A stretch of DNA of 51,087 nt from a virus (IMGVR_UViG_3300032260_000006:1-51087), one strand, 5' to 3'; positions 20,213-30,309 are shown, counted from the stretch's first letter. Notes: generated by a model from the sequence alone, not told the origin. A program made the numbers and translations.

Positions 20213-21089
20213 TATTTTTTGATTTACAGTTATCGAAATGCCACTGATTCATTGCATGAATACCACCTTCTTTTTTACAGTGAGGGCAGGTAGTTAATTT
20301 TTGTTTTCTACTTTTTTCAATTTCTTCTACTTCTTTTTTAGTATATTTAGGATTTTTAACACAATATTCAAAGTGATAAACTTTCATCATACTAATATTA
20401 CCAACCTTGTCGCAATGAGAGCAAGTAACTTTTTCTCTATTTTTAGCAGACTCAGACATTAATTCTAAAGTTTCTTCTGAACGCTTTCCTCCTTTACGAC
20501 TTTCACTCATTTTTTTTCTAGTCTCGTCTGAAATTTTTCTGTTTGAATTAGCTTTACTAATTCTTTCTCTAACTTCTTTAGAGTGAGTTTTGCCATAAAA
20601 ATAATTATTTTTACCCTTATTGGCTTCACTTATTTTTCTTTTTGTATTTTCTGAATGAATTAAGCCTGACGTTCCACCTCCACCATCTACTAAATTATAT
20701 CCATTATTTATAGAATCAAGATATTTTATATAAGCGATTTCTGCTTTATCTAAATTCAATTGATCCTCACAAAAACAACAAAACCTAACTTTAAAATTTT
20801 CTTTGCCATATTTCTTGATAGTTTTTTTAATATAAGTACCACTACCTAAATAATTATCATCCATGTTATCAGTAGTGTGTTGACCAACATACATTTTATC
20901 AGTTATTAAATTTCTAGTACCATAAACAATTCTATATTTACCATCTGATGCTTTTGTGAAATTACATATAGTTTTAAATTTAGGTTGAAATGAGAAAGAT
21001 CCTGACAAATTTTGTTCAAAACTAACATTCCACCTATCTCCAACAATAGGATAATTCTTTATATCTATTTTTAATGCTTCAGCAATCAT
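20196..21089 (-). CDS. Free-standing GIY-YIG (Seg-like) homing endonuclease with NUMOD3 repeats
   Basis: 'IVYGTRNLITDKMYVGQH...YLGSG...KKYGKENF', 'GYNL..GG', HSENTKRKISE-type repeats and two CxHC modules. Confidence 0.9.
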   Translation of the reverse strand: MIAEALKIDIKNYPIVGDRWNVSFEQNLSGSFSFQPKFKTICNFTKASDGKYRIVYGTRNLITDKMYVGQHTTDNMDDNYLGSGTYIKKTIKKYGKENFKVRFCCFCEDQLNLDKAEIAYIKYLDSINNGYNLVDGGGGTSGLIHSENTKRKISEANKGKNNYFYGKTHSKEVRERISKANSNRKISDETRKKMSESRKGGKRSEETLELMSESAKNREKVTCSHCDKVGNISMMKVYHFEYCVKNPKYTKKEVEEIEKSRKQKLTTCPHCKKEGGIHAMNQWHFDNCKSKNNELFK

Positions 21090-21092
21090 CCC

Positions 21093-21101
21093 ACAAATAT
21101 A
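21093..21101 (-). promoter_or_regulatory. Bacteroidota-type -7 element upstream of the homing endonuclease
   Basis: TATATTTG on the minus strand just before the ATG, but with no correctly spaced TTTG. Confidence 0.4.
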
Positions 21102-21116
21102 CTAATAATTCACCAA

Positions 21117-21248
21117 TTATTTTTTATCTTCCTTAGTTTTATTCTCTTTAGGAAATTTCTTTAAAAATTCCTCTCTTATGTTTTGAGTATCATTATCAAA
21201 TTCTTCAATAGGAAGCTCTTCTGCTTGATTCTTATTTTGCTTTGCCAT
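21117..21248 (-). CDS. Small 43-aa charged protein overlapping the end of the polyvalent gene
   Basis: MAKQNKNQAEELPIEEFDNDTQNIREEFLKKFPKENKTKEDKK*. It fills the gap and is below the ORF-track cutoff. Confidence 0.5.
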   Translation of the reverse strand: MAKQNKNQAEELPIEEFDNDTQNIREEFLKKFPKENKTKEDKK

Positions 21249-24200
21249 TTTTCTTTTCCTCCATATATTTATCTAACATAAATGATGATTTTGAATCTTT
21301 GCTTAAATCGAACTCTCCATCAAACTCAAATCCATTTTCTTTCCAAAATTCTCTACCTTCTGAAAATGACATTAGCTCTGAAACTGATTCAACTGATTTA
21401 ATTTTTTCATTTTTACTTTCAGATATCAAATTAGAAAACTCAGTCACATTATTTTTACCCATATCATAACCTAATCTTGCCCATGTATAATAACCATTAT
21501 ATTCTTCTCCTGGTTCATCTGATTTAGCTGCACGTGTTTTAATAGTTTTATACCCTTTTTCTCTGTATTTATCAACTTGACTGTTAAAAATATTAGTCCC
21601 TAAACCTTTGGCTTGGCTACTCTTTTTTAAAGAAAAAGAATTATTAGTAACAATTTTATTTTTAGGATCATAAAAACGAGACATATATTCTACATTTTCA
21701 GATTCCATTTTAACACTAATTCCTTGCCTAGTTGCACTAACCACTTGTTTTATTTCTAATCTAGATATTTTACCAATATTCTCTTTCCCTCCTAATATAT
21801 CGTATGTATTTTTTATAGTCTCATAATCAGAAATGCCTCCAACGGCTTTAGATAATGTAGCAATACTTATGTTGCTTCCTTCAAGAAAACCATTTATTAC
21901 ATCAGTGTCTTCTTTAGTAATAAAATCAACACCCCTTTCTTTTAATATTATTTCAGCAGCTTGCCTTACTTCTTCATTTGAAGCCATTAAATAACTATTC
22001 TCTATTTGCCCAGTAGATATTTTACCAAACATTTCAACAAATTGATTTTCCTCTTTAGTTTCTGGCTCTTTTTTATCTTTCTCAGTAGATTCCTTCTCTT
22101 CAGTTTTTTCACCCTCACCAGTTTCTTCTTGCACTTTCTCCTCTTTCTCCCTTCTATCTAGCTCTTTATGAGCTGCTGCACGAATTTCTGGATCTTTTGA
22201 TTCCTTACTAGCTATTTCTAATGATGATCCACTTGCTGTTTTAGCTTGTTCGTCAATAGATTGCTTCTCTCCTTTAGGTTCTTCTTTTTTGGCTGTTTTA
22301 CCATCTTTAGACTCTTCTTGTTGACCTTTGCTACCATATTTTTGACCAACTCTCTTTAATCGTCTATTAGTGGCATTGTCGCCATATGTTCCTGTTCTAC
22401 CTTTTTCAAAATCATCTTCTTCAAAAGCACCAAAGTAATCATAAATACCTAGAGATTTTAATATTTCTTTATTTTCTCTTAGAAATTGTTCAATAAGAGG
22501 TTTGATTTCCTTTTCATAAACCCCTTTATTAACATGATTTCCTCTTGTGGAATAAGTATCTTCATCGCCATATTTACTTACTTCTCCATAAGTTTCAGTT
22601 GCCACATACTGTTCTAATGCTCTAGCAAAACACTCACATGTTCTATTTTGATAATCAGACGATTGTGTTTCGTTCATGTTTTTTCTAAACGTATCTGCTA
22701 TTTTGTTAGCTGTACTACCTTCTTTATCACTTGCATAGCTATTCCCTGAATTTTTACCAATAGAATAATCCATAAAATGAGCATACTCATGACCAAAAGT
22801 AAATTGAAATTGATTATCCCCATACTGAGAACTAACACCTATCGCATTATAATATGGATGAAATAATCCAATAGCTTTTCTTGCATGCATTAATACGCCA
22901 CCCGAATGAGAAATTTTAAGTCCAAAATCTTTATTCATTTGAATATTATTCCCAAATAAATTAGATGTTACATCTAAAGCTTTTTGAATCTGATTAATTT
23001 CATCCTTATTTATCTCATCTCCATTTTGCCTTTTAACCTTAACACCATAATCATCCAATAAATCATTTTTAGCATTAGAATCACCATAAGATGTTTCAGC
23101 ACCTTTAGTATAAGCAGTTTCTAAATATTCTTGCTGTAAATCTAAATCAATGGATTTTTGTTTTTTTGCTCCAGACATTTCTCTAGAAATTTCCCATGTT
23201 TCACTCCTACTTGGAGTCGCACCTTCAGCATTAAGATTCATTCCTTGAATCATATGCATTTGATCATAAGTCATTTTGTTTTTAGTAAGAATTTTAAGCC
23301 TTTTCATTCTTGGCTTACCTTCTTCATAATGTTTTAAAGTTTGCTTTAAACGTTCCTCCATAAAATCACGTCTAGAAGGAGTTATTTTATTCAATTCTTC
23401 TTTTGTTAAAGCTAATTTCGTTTCTGCTTTTCTTCGTTCCCAACTATCTATTTGATCTTGTTTAAATTGTTCTTTTGCCTTTATTTGATAATAATTTTGT
23501 GTTGCTACATATGTGTCAAGAGACATTATGGCAAAATTACCATAACCATTTACGCCAGCAACAGAATATGAATAAGCTCCTCTACCACCCATAAAACCAT
23601 CTAGTGCAACTAAATATTTATCTTCACCTATCTTAGAAGCAGACAGGGTATAACTATTTCTACTAAATCTATCTATATCTATATTTGGTATAAAGTATGG
23701 TTTAGGGGACGTTAATATATTTTTCGCTTTAGGAATGCTTACATCAAGAGCTGGAACATCTGTATAGTCTTTTGTTTTTAAAACTTTAGAATCTTTCGTT
23801 TGATTCTTAGGAGAATTTAAAACAATATCTTCTCCATTTTTAGGTTTATAATCCACCTTACTTGTTGGCTGTTTAAATCCTTCTTTAGTAGCCTCCTCAT
23901 TCTCTTTTTTAATTTCTGGATTAACTTCTTCTGGTGATTTATTTTTCTTTAATGCTTCAGAAATTTTACGCTTTGTTTCTTCAGACATTGCTTCACGTTT
24001 CTTTTTTTGTTGTGATTTTAAATCTGCATATAAAGCCACTGCTTTTGGGTCTACTGGATCGCCATTTTCAATAGCTTTCTTGACAGCATTATAATGAGCA
24101 AACACCAATTTACTTATTAATTGCTTTTTTGTTAAATTTTCAGTTTGTTCTTTTTTAGTGTATTTTTTGCTTGTACCACCAGTAGAAACTTTTTTTTGTC

Positions 24201-26418
24201 CTTCTTTTTTATCTTTTTTCTTAGTAAAAGTATCTACCACACTCTGAATTTCTGCTTCAGAGATTCCATGCATTCCTAAATACTCTTGTAGGGAATAGTT
24301 TTGAATATTTTCTATTGGCTTGATGCCGTAAATCTTCTTTTCTGTATTTACCCTATTTGATTCATTAGCATCATTATTTATTTTTCTTAATTCTTTATCA
24401 TTTTTCTCTGGCTTTGTTTCGATAATCTTTTCATCAATACCTTTTAATTCAACACCATCTTTAGTTTTTATATCATACTTAGTTCCATCACTATCTGAAG
24501 CACCTTTTTCTATTTTACCATCAATTCCTTTTACGTTAACCTCAGTACCCTTATCTAATTCATTTTTTTGATTTTGAATAGCTTCAGCCTTTTCATCATT
24601 ACCCTTATTCTTTACATCAGAGTATATGATTCCTAAAACCTGTTCTTTGACCGAATTAGGGAACATCCAAGCTTTAAGTTTACCAAGATACCTACCAACT
24701 CCAGTAGTTTTTTTAATCTCTCTCATTAACTCTAAATTAGCATAAGTGTCTCCACCTATAGAAAATGCCTTATCTGAGTATTGAGTTATGTTTAATCCTT
24801 TAGTGCTAACAGAAATTTCTTCACCTACAGGTGTTTCGATTTCCTTCTTTTTATCACTATCAGTTTCTTCGTAAATATATTTGTAATTTCCTTTAGATCC
24901 TGTTCTTTTAATATATTTAGTAGCCTTTTCAAATATTTCTTCAGAAATTTTACCTTCATCAAAAGCTTTTTGAATAACATTAAAAGATTCAGTGGCATCT
25001 TTTGCTTTTTCAATATAATCTGGATCAATTAAAAAATCATCTTCAATCGACTTATCAATCTTATCTTTTTTTTTAAGCTGCTCTTTATAATTTACTAATT
25101 CTTCTTTTTGAGTTTCAAGTTCTTTAGCAACTTTATCATCCATTTCAGCATGTGGAGTCAATACTTTTATTAATCGTTCATGCTCTACAATCATTTCTTT
25201 TAACTGATCTGTAGTGTATTCTGATTTATTTTGTTTTAATTCTGAAAATGGTTTACGTTTTTGACTATAACTACCATCTTTTTTATATAACCATTTTTTA
25301 AATTCTTCTTCACTAACTTCTGTAATTCCACTATATTTAATTGTATGGTTAGGGTTGTAATTAGCTTTATAATTACTAAAAGCATCTTCTTTTGTTTCAA
25401 ACCCCATCATTACTTTATGTTCATCAAATCCACCTATGTTGTTTGATTGATCAATTACATAAATATTGCCTTCGTTTGGCTTATCTGAAAGGAATACATC
25501 TATATGGTCGCCATCTTTACCTAATGACCTATTAAAGTAACCATAGTCATTATTCATAGTTACACTCCAATCTTTTCCTTGTGGATTTTTTCCAGAACGA
25601 ATAGAATTCTTTTTATTTTCAATAGAGATTTGTAATCCTCTTACTTTTCTTTTTTCTTTTTTATAATTACCTGCTTTCTTTTGTGCTTCTGTTGGTTCAA
25701 TTGCTTTACTAATACCAGATTCACTCATAGCAATTGCTATTGCTTGATCTTTATCTACAACCTTTTCGCCTGAACCTGATTTAAGATCACCTGCCTTAAA
25801 TTCACTCATTACTTTAGAAACTTTTTTTTCTTGAGCTGTTTTTACTGCTTTTTCAAATAAATCTTGTGGTAATCTACCTTCTTTGTAAGCTTTTTGAATT
25901 GCATCTATCTGAATATCTCTTTCATTGCCTTCAGATTCTGTTTTAAATTTAATAAATGACTTTGAATATAACTTATCGTCTACATTACCCTTTAAAAATT
26001 CATCAGTAATGTGATTAAATGCCTTCTCTAAAGACTCTTTATGTTTGTATCGGGTGATTGCTTCAATAATCGCTGGTTTAGCCATTAAATTGCTTAATTT
26101 ACTATTTAATTTGTTGTTTGATTTACGTAATTCACCAATTTTACCAAAATAATCACTATTAATGTTAGATAATTTATCTTTTGTTGATTCTAATATCACT
26201 AAATGATCAAAACCTTTTTGTTCTTCCTTATAAATATCACAATAAATAGAAGATACTTTAACAGATTTTTCTAAATTAGAAATAATAGGAAGAAAATCTT
26301 CACCAAATTCTATAGCCTTATCTTTATTTTCTTGTATAGACTTTTCTAAACCCAATACAAGTTCAATATTTTCTTCAATATTATTGAAGCCAAGAAATTT
26401 TCTTATCTTATCTAACAT
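21232..26418 (-). CDS. Large polyvalent (internal head) protein: DUF6496-like, inorganic-pyrophosphatase-like, LPD1-like zincin and GNAT-like domains
   Basis: 'KVSKVMSEFKAGDLKSGSG...QAIAIAMSE'; 'PTEAQKKAGNYKK...ISIEN...DGDHIDVF...FDEHKVMMGF'; 'GHEYAHFMDY...ECFARALEQYV'; 'QAKGLGT...NGYYTWARLGY'. Confidence 0.8.
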   Translation of the reverse strand: MLDKIRKFLGFNNIEENIELVLGLEKSIQENKDKAIEFGEDFLPIISNLEKSVKVSSIYCDIYKEEQKGFDHLVILESTKDKLSNINSDYFGKIGELRKSNNKLNSKLSNLMAKPAIIEAITRYKHKESLEKAFNHITDEFLKGNVDDKLYSKSFIKFKTESEGNERDIQIDAIQKAYKEGRLPQDLFEKAVKTAQEKKVSKVMSEFKAGDLKSGSGEKVVDKDQAIAIAMSESGISKAIEPTEAQKKAGNYKKEKRKVRGLQISIENKKNSIRSGKNPQGKDWSVTMNNDYGYFNRSLGKDGDHIDVFLSDKPNEGNIYVIDQSNNIGGFDEHKVMMGFETKEDAFSNYKANYNPNHTIKYSGITEVSEEEFKKWLYKKDGSYSQKRKPFSELKQNKSEYTTDQLKEMIVEHERLIKVLTPHAEMDDKVAKELETQKEELVNYKEQLKKKDKIDKSIEDDFLIDPDYIEKAKDATESFNVIQKAFDEGKISEEIFEKATKYIKRTGSKGNYKYIYEETDSDKKKEIETPVGEEISVSTKGLNITQYSDKAFSIGGDTYANLELMREIKKTTGVGRYLGKLKAWMFPNSVKEQVLGIIYSDVKNKGNDEKAEAIQNQKNELDKGTEVNVKGIDGKIEKGASDSDGTKYDIKTKDGVELKGIDEKIIETKPEKNDKELRKINNDANESNRVNTEKKIYGIKPIENIQNYSLQEYLGMHGISEAEIQSVVDTFTKKKDKKEGQKKVSTGGTSKKYTKKEQTENLTKKQLISKLVFAHYNAVKKAIENGDPVDPKAVALYADLKSQQKKKREAMSEETKRKISEALKKNKSPEEVNPEIKKENEEATKEGFKQPTSKVDYKPKNGEDIVLNSPKNQTKDSKVLKTKDYTDVPALDVSIPKAKNILTSPKPYFIPNIDIDRFSRNSYTLSASKIGEDKYLVALDGFMGGRGAYSYSVAGVNGYGNFAIMSLDTYVATQNYYQIKAKEQFKQDQIDSWERRKAETKLALTKEELNKITPSRRDFMEERLKQTLKHYEEGKPRMKRLKILTKNKMTYDQMHMIQGMNLNAEGATPSRSETWEISREMSGAKKQKSIDLDLQQEYLETAYTKGAETSYGDSNAKNDLLDDYGVKVKRQNGDEINKDEINQIQKALDVTSNLFGNNIQMNKDFGLKISHSGGVLMHARKAIGLFHPYYNAIGVSSQYGDNQFQFTFGHEYAHFMDYSIGKNSGNSYASDKEGSTANKIADTFRKNMNETQSSDYQNRTCECFARALEQYVATETYGEVSKYGDEDTYSTRGNHVNKGVYEKEIKPLIEQFLRENKEILKSLGIYDYFGAFEEDDFEKGRTGTYGDNATNRRLKRVGQKYGSKGQQEESKDGKTAKKEEPKGEKQSIDEQAKTASGSSLEIASKESKDPEIRAAAHKELDRREKEEKVQEETGEGEKTEEKESTEKDKKEPETKEENQFVEMFGKISTGQIENSYLMASNEEVRQAAEIILKERGVDFITKEDTDVINGFLEGSNISIATLSKAVGGISDYETIKNTYDILGGKENIGKISRLEIKQVVSATRQGISVKMESENVEYMSRFYDPKNKIVTNNSFSLKKSSQAKGLGTNIFNSQVDKYREKGYKTIKTRAAKSDEPGEEYNGYYTWARLGYDMGKNNVTEFSNLISESKNEKIKSVESVSELMSFSEGREFWKENGFEFDGEFDLSKDSKSSFMLDKYMEEKKNGKAK

Positions 26419-26427
26419 AATTTATTT

Positions 26428-26931
26428 TTAGAATCCTAATAGAGTAATTTGATTAGTTGTTAAGGTATAATTCTTATTATCTTGAATATTTCTACGTAAA
26501 CTATCAATCTTAATCTTATCTATACAAACACGAATATATTTTTCAGCATGTTCGTTATAACTCCTCATTTTAACCTTTTCTTCTTCAGTAGGCGCAAGCA
26601 TTGCTGGTTCTTGAATGTCGTTATCAGTCTTAATATATTTTTTACCATTTCTGATTAAATCATAACTAAATTTCTTAGGAATATAATCAAGTAAATGTTT
26701 ATATTCTTTATCATAATAGCTATCAGCATCAGGATAAAAAGACATACCACTAGTCCCTTCATTCATTTTCTTTAAACATTCTGCTTTTTGAGTACTAAGA
26801 TTGGTAGAAATATTACCTAAATTTACCTTAATATCAGAACCCTTTTTAGAGTGTTTATTGAGATCATTATCTTTACTGTGTGTGTCAAATAAAGAATAAA
26901 ATCCCTTAATTAATTCTTCTTTTTTATTCAT
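26428..26931 (-). CDS. Hypothetical protein
   Basis: 167-aa ORF in the head operon. Confidence 0.6.
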   Translation of the reverse strand: MNKKEELIKGFYSLFDTHSKDNDLNKHSKKGSDIKVNLGNISTNLSTQKAECLKKMNEGTSGMSFYPDADSYYDKEYKHLLDYIPKKFSYDLIRNGKKYIKTDNDIQEPAMLAPTEEEKVKMRSYNEHAEKYIRVCIDKIKIDSLRRNIQDNKNYTLTTNQITLLGF

Positions 26932-27061
26932 GATGATTCTTCTTTTTTATTTTTTTAAACCAAAATTCAAGTTTATCTGATACCCAGCCACTAATATGAA
27001 ATAAAGTCCAAATAATTATTATAACAATTAAAATAAATAATAATACATAGAATTTTACCAT
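26924..27061 (-). CDS. Small single-TM membrane protein (45 aa)
   Basis: MVKFYVLLFILIVIIIIWTLFHISGWVSDKLEFWFKKIKKKNHHE*. Its start overlaps the upstream stop (TAATG). Confidence 0.55.
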   Translation of the reverse strand: MVKFYVLLFILIVIIIIWTLFHISGWVSDKLEFWFKKIKKKNHHE

Positions 27062-27690
27062 TATTTCTTCCTGCGAATCCATTTCTTATACCCTTTAGTG
27101 TGCTCCTTTAATAAATTATCTATATATTTTACAAACAAGTTGATATATTGCTCTTTATCTAAGCCATTTTCAGTTAATCTCTGAATCATTACTTTAGTAA
27201 ATGTAGTAATATCGGTATTAGCAAGAATAAAGTCGTAATAGCTCTTATCTAAGTATTTTTCTTTAAAATGACCATTATACACTTGTTTAATATCTTCCAT
27301 AATGGTACCAAACTCTATATCTATATAATTTTCAACACTAGTTTCTTTTGTTCTATAAGGACTAGTTGAATGATATACAGCAAATTTATTTATTTTTATT
27401 TGCAGCATATTTAAAATACTTATTGCAGAAGGATCTAACTCTAATTCAGTATTTGACGTAATCACATCAAAAGCTTTTTTACTAATAGCAGATTCTAGTC
27501 TCACTCTAAACTTATTATCATCTCTATCTTCTTTTACTATTTTCTCTACGCTATCAATTTTCTTCGTTAATGCCACAATACTTTCATCATTTCTTTTTCT
27601 GGAAAACCTCACATCACTACGTGTCTTCATATAATGAAGCAATAAAGTTCCTACAGTAATTACTAATTGTATATAAAATTCTTGAGACAT
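27061..27690 (-). CDS. Membrane-anchored protein (possible holin-like)
   Basis: N-terminal hydrophobic helix followed by a coiled coil and a soluble domain. Confidence 0.45.
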   Translation of the reverse strand: MSQEFYIQLVITVGTLLLHYMKTRSDVRFSRKRNDESIVALTKKIDSVEKIVKEDRDDNKFRVRLESAISKKAFDVITSNTELELDPSAISILNMLQIKINKFAVYHSTSPYRTKETSVENYIDIEFGTIMEDIKQVYNGHFKEKYLDKSYYDFILANTDITTFTKVMIQRLTENGLDKEQYINLFVKYIDNLLKEHTKGYKKWIRRKK

Positions 27691-27727
27691 AACTTCTTTT
27701 TTCTTTTATTAGTTAAACATTTATTTT

Positions 27728-30283
27728 TTATTGTCGTACATGCCTACCATTAAAATCACTTAAATAATTTGCAGATAATTTTGTATAATCAAAATTTCCT
27801 GCTCCTCTAGTTGGATATTGTAAAGTTATCCAAATTTCATCCCCAAAGCCATTATTTCTTGATGGTATTGCATCACTTATATCTATATCAACCCTTAAAT
27901 CCTCCCTAGTATTTGCAGAAGAAATTGTAATCACCCCAGTTGTTAAAACCAACACCTCTCCGCTTGGAGCGGGCTCAGAATTACTATAACTATCTCCTGG
28001 ATTCACAATTTTTCGTCTCACTGTAAAATTTACATCTCCTATAGTAGCAAATTTACCCTTCCATACAAAAATTAATGGACCTGATGTGTCACAATCTTCA
28101 GGCAATTCAAAACTAACACCCAATAAATCACCAGTTGTAGTAAACCTATTATTCACTAAACCTATCCCAACATTTTCATCCACATATATAGATGCATCCT
28201 GCATACTCCCCTCTATAGGCTTAACAGCATCAACAACTAACTTTTTATATGTTCTAGCATCCATATGAGATTCAAATGTACCATCACCATTTATTTCTGC
28301 TCTATTAGTATGTATCTTTATTTGTTGAATAACTGGAGCTGTATTTATACCAGCATCAACAATCCTAAATCTTATCCAATAAAAATCCTCCCCCAAACTT
28401 GGCTCATCATTAACTACCCATGAATCTCTAATATAAGGATTAAATTTAAGATGATAACTTCCTGTTTGATTAAAATAATTTTTTGCAAATTTCAAATAAG
28501 GTGTAGAGCTTTGTACGGTACATCCATTAAATTCTACCCAAGAACCATCATAATACTCTGCAATTATTCTACCAGAACCTAATACTGCTGCCGTTTCTAT
28601 ATTAACCTTAATTCCTTCAAAAGTTATAGGATATCTGTTGGCGATATAAATACAACTATCTACATCATTACCATCAAATGTAAGTGAAGAACCTGAGAAA
28701 GATTTTGCAGCAGCAGTTACATCTGTAAAAACTAACCCTGATGTTCTAGTGTAAGCATATTCAAATGTATGGCTATCTCCTCCACCTAAAACTGATTCAG
28801 CAGGATTCATTGAACTTCCTACATGGAGTTCTCCAAATAAATTTAAACCCTCATCTCCCTCTATTGTATCCAATATGTAAACATAAAATTTAGCACCTAA
28901 AACCACATTAGAGTTAGATACTTGAGAAAATCCATTCCCTGAAATAATACTATTAGGGTTTAATATATTATAATTATAACCAACACAATCACTTATAGTT
29001 GTAGCAAACAAAGATAATTCAATTCCTGTACCTACATTATCAACCCTCATTCCATTGTTTTGGCAATTAAATATCTTCAAAACATCCATTCTCACATTAG
29101 TGTTATTACCTGACAACACTAAACCATCATAAGCACCCACCACAGAACTTCCATTACCTGAAACCCTTACTCCATTTGTAAAACTAATAGCTGTAGTTAC
29201 ATTAGGGCTAAATGATAACACACCATCAAGTGTCATAATACTATTTGCTCCATCACCAGAAACTAAAGTTGTGACTGTTGATGTACCTATAACAGTCACC
29301 CTTTGTATAGATGCATTTCCAGACAATAAACTTATAGCTGTCACTATAGTTCCTTGAACGGATATATTTTTTAAAGTTAATGCTGATGCAGAATTATTGT
29401 GCTGAATACCATTAGAACAATCTAAAAACACTATATCTTCATATAATGTACCACCAATAAATGTGTTATTAATTGCCCAATTTGTTGCTCCAGAAACACC
29501 TTCTAGTGTAAACCCTTTAATATAAAAAGTATTAGATCCAACTATTAAATCTTGATTTATTCCAGATGGTTTAATTACAGTTACATCTATACCACCAACA
29601 CTTACTAGACTTACATAAGGTTTCCCCACAATTGCATCTTCAGTATATACTCCAGGAGTAACCAATACTACATATCTATTTACAGAACTATTATCTGTAA
29701 TAGAATCTAAAGCTTCTTTTATGCTGGTAAAATCTCCGCCTGCATTCGCCACAGTTATAACTGTAAGCGGATTTGACCTAACTGTTATTGCAGGAGGTAT
29801 TATATTATCTTCTGGAATATTTGCCTTAAATTCATCCTTTATCTTTAAAAAGTAAATTACACAAGCATTCTCTGTTGGTGTTCCAGACAATGTAAAATTA
29901 GCCGTATTATTTAAATTATCTATTAGAGAAGTAACTGTTATTTGACCTCCACTGGAATCAACAACTATTTCTTCAAGCGGATTTTGATTTGCATCAGCTT
30001 TGACCACAATTGCATCAACCAACCCATCCCCATAAATGTCGAAGATTGAGCTTTCTTGATAGACTGACACTTGGCCTGATGTTGCTGTTCCCACATATGA
30101 GAAAACTTGGTAGATAGTTTCATTATTTTCTAAAGTTATTATTCTTGAATCATTATCAAGATTGATTTCGTAATTTGTCTCATCTAAGCCAATAATTGCT
30201 TCAATTGCACCCTTACCTACACTAACTGGTAGTTCAGTTCGCATTATACTCTTTAAATTATCTCTTCTTGATCCAATAGACAT
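27728..30283 (-). CDS. Beta-helix (pectin-lyase-like) virion fibre/spike protein
   Basis: 'TVANAGGDFTSIKEALDSI...VLVTPGVYTE' is a pectinesterase-like start, followed by G/N/S/V-rich beta-helix repeats. Confidence 0.7.
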   Translation of the reverse strand: MSIGSRRDNLKSIMRTELPVSVGKGAIEAIIGLDETNYEINLDNDSRIITLENNETIYQVFSYVGTATSGQVSVYQESSIFDIYGDGLVDAIVVKADANQNPLEEIVVDSSGGQITVTSLIDNLNNTANFTLSGTPTENACVIYFLKIKDEFKANIPEDNIIPPAITVRSNPLTVITVANAGGDFTSIKEALDSITDNSSVNRYVVLVTPGVYTEDAIVGKPYVSLVSVGGIDVTVIKPSGINQDLIVGSNTFYIKGFTLEGVSGATNWAINNTFIGGTLYEDIVFLDCSNGIQHNNSASALTLKNISVQGTIVTAISLLSGNASIQRVTVIGTSTVTTLVSGDGANSIMTLDGVLSFSPNVTTAISFTNGVRVSGNGSSVVGAYDGLVLSGNNTNVRMDVLKIFNCQNNGMRVDNVGTGIELSLFATTISDCVGYNYNILNPNSIISGNGFSQVSNSNVVLGAKFYVYILDTIEGDEGLNLFGELHVGSSMNPAESVLGGGDSHTFEYAYTRTSGLVFTDVTAAAKSFSGSSLTFDGNDVDSCIYIANRYPITFEGIKVNIETAAVLGSGRIIAEYYDGSWVEFNGCTVQSSTPYLKFAKNYFNQTGSYHLKFNPYIRDSWVVNDEPSLGEDFYWIRFRIVDAGINTAPVIQQIKIHTNRAEINGDGTFESHMDARTYKKLVVDAVKPIEGSMQDASIYVDENVGIGLVNNRFTTTGDLLGVSFELPEDCDTSGPLIFVWKGKFATIGDVNFTVRRKIVNPGDSYSNSEPAPSGEVLVLTTGVITISSANTREDLRVDIDISDAIPSRNNGFGDEIWITLQYPTRGAGNFDYTKLSANYLSDFNGRHVRQ

Positions 30284-30309
30284 TATTTAAGACTTTTTTG
30301 ATAAGTTTT

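Noticed and set aside
20196-21089. Group I intron around the GIY-YIG gene
   Set aside because: The flanking genes appear complete, and there is no non-coding room for an intron core.
24825-25028. 67-aa alternative-frame ORF inside the polyvalent gene
   Set aside because: It is fully nested and has no independent support.
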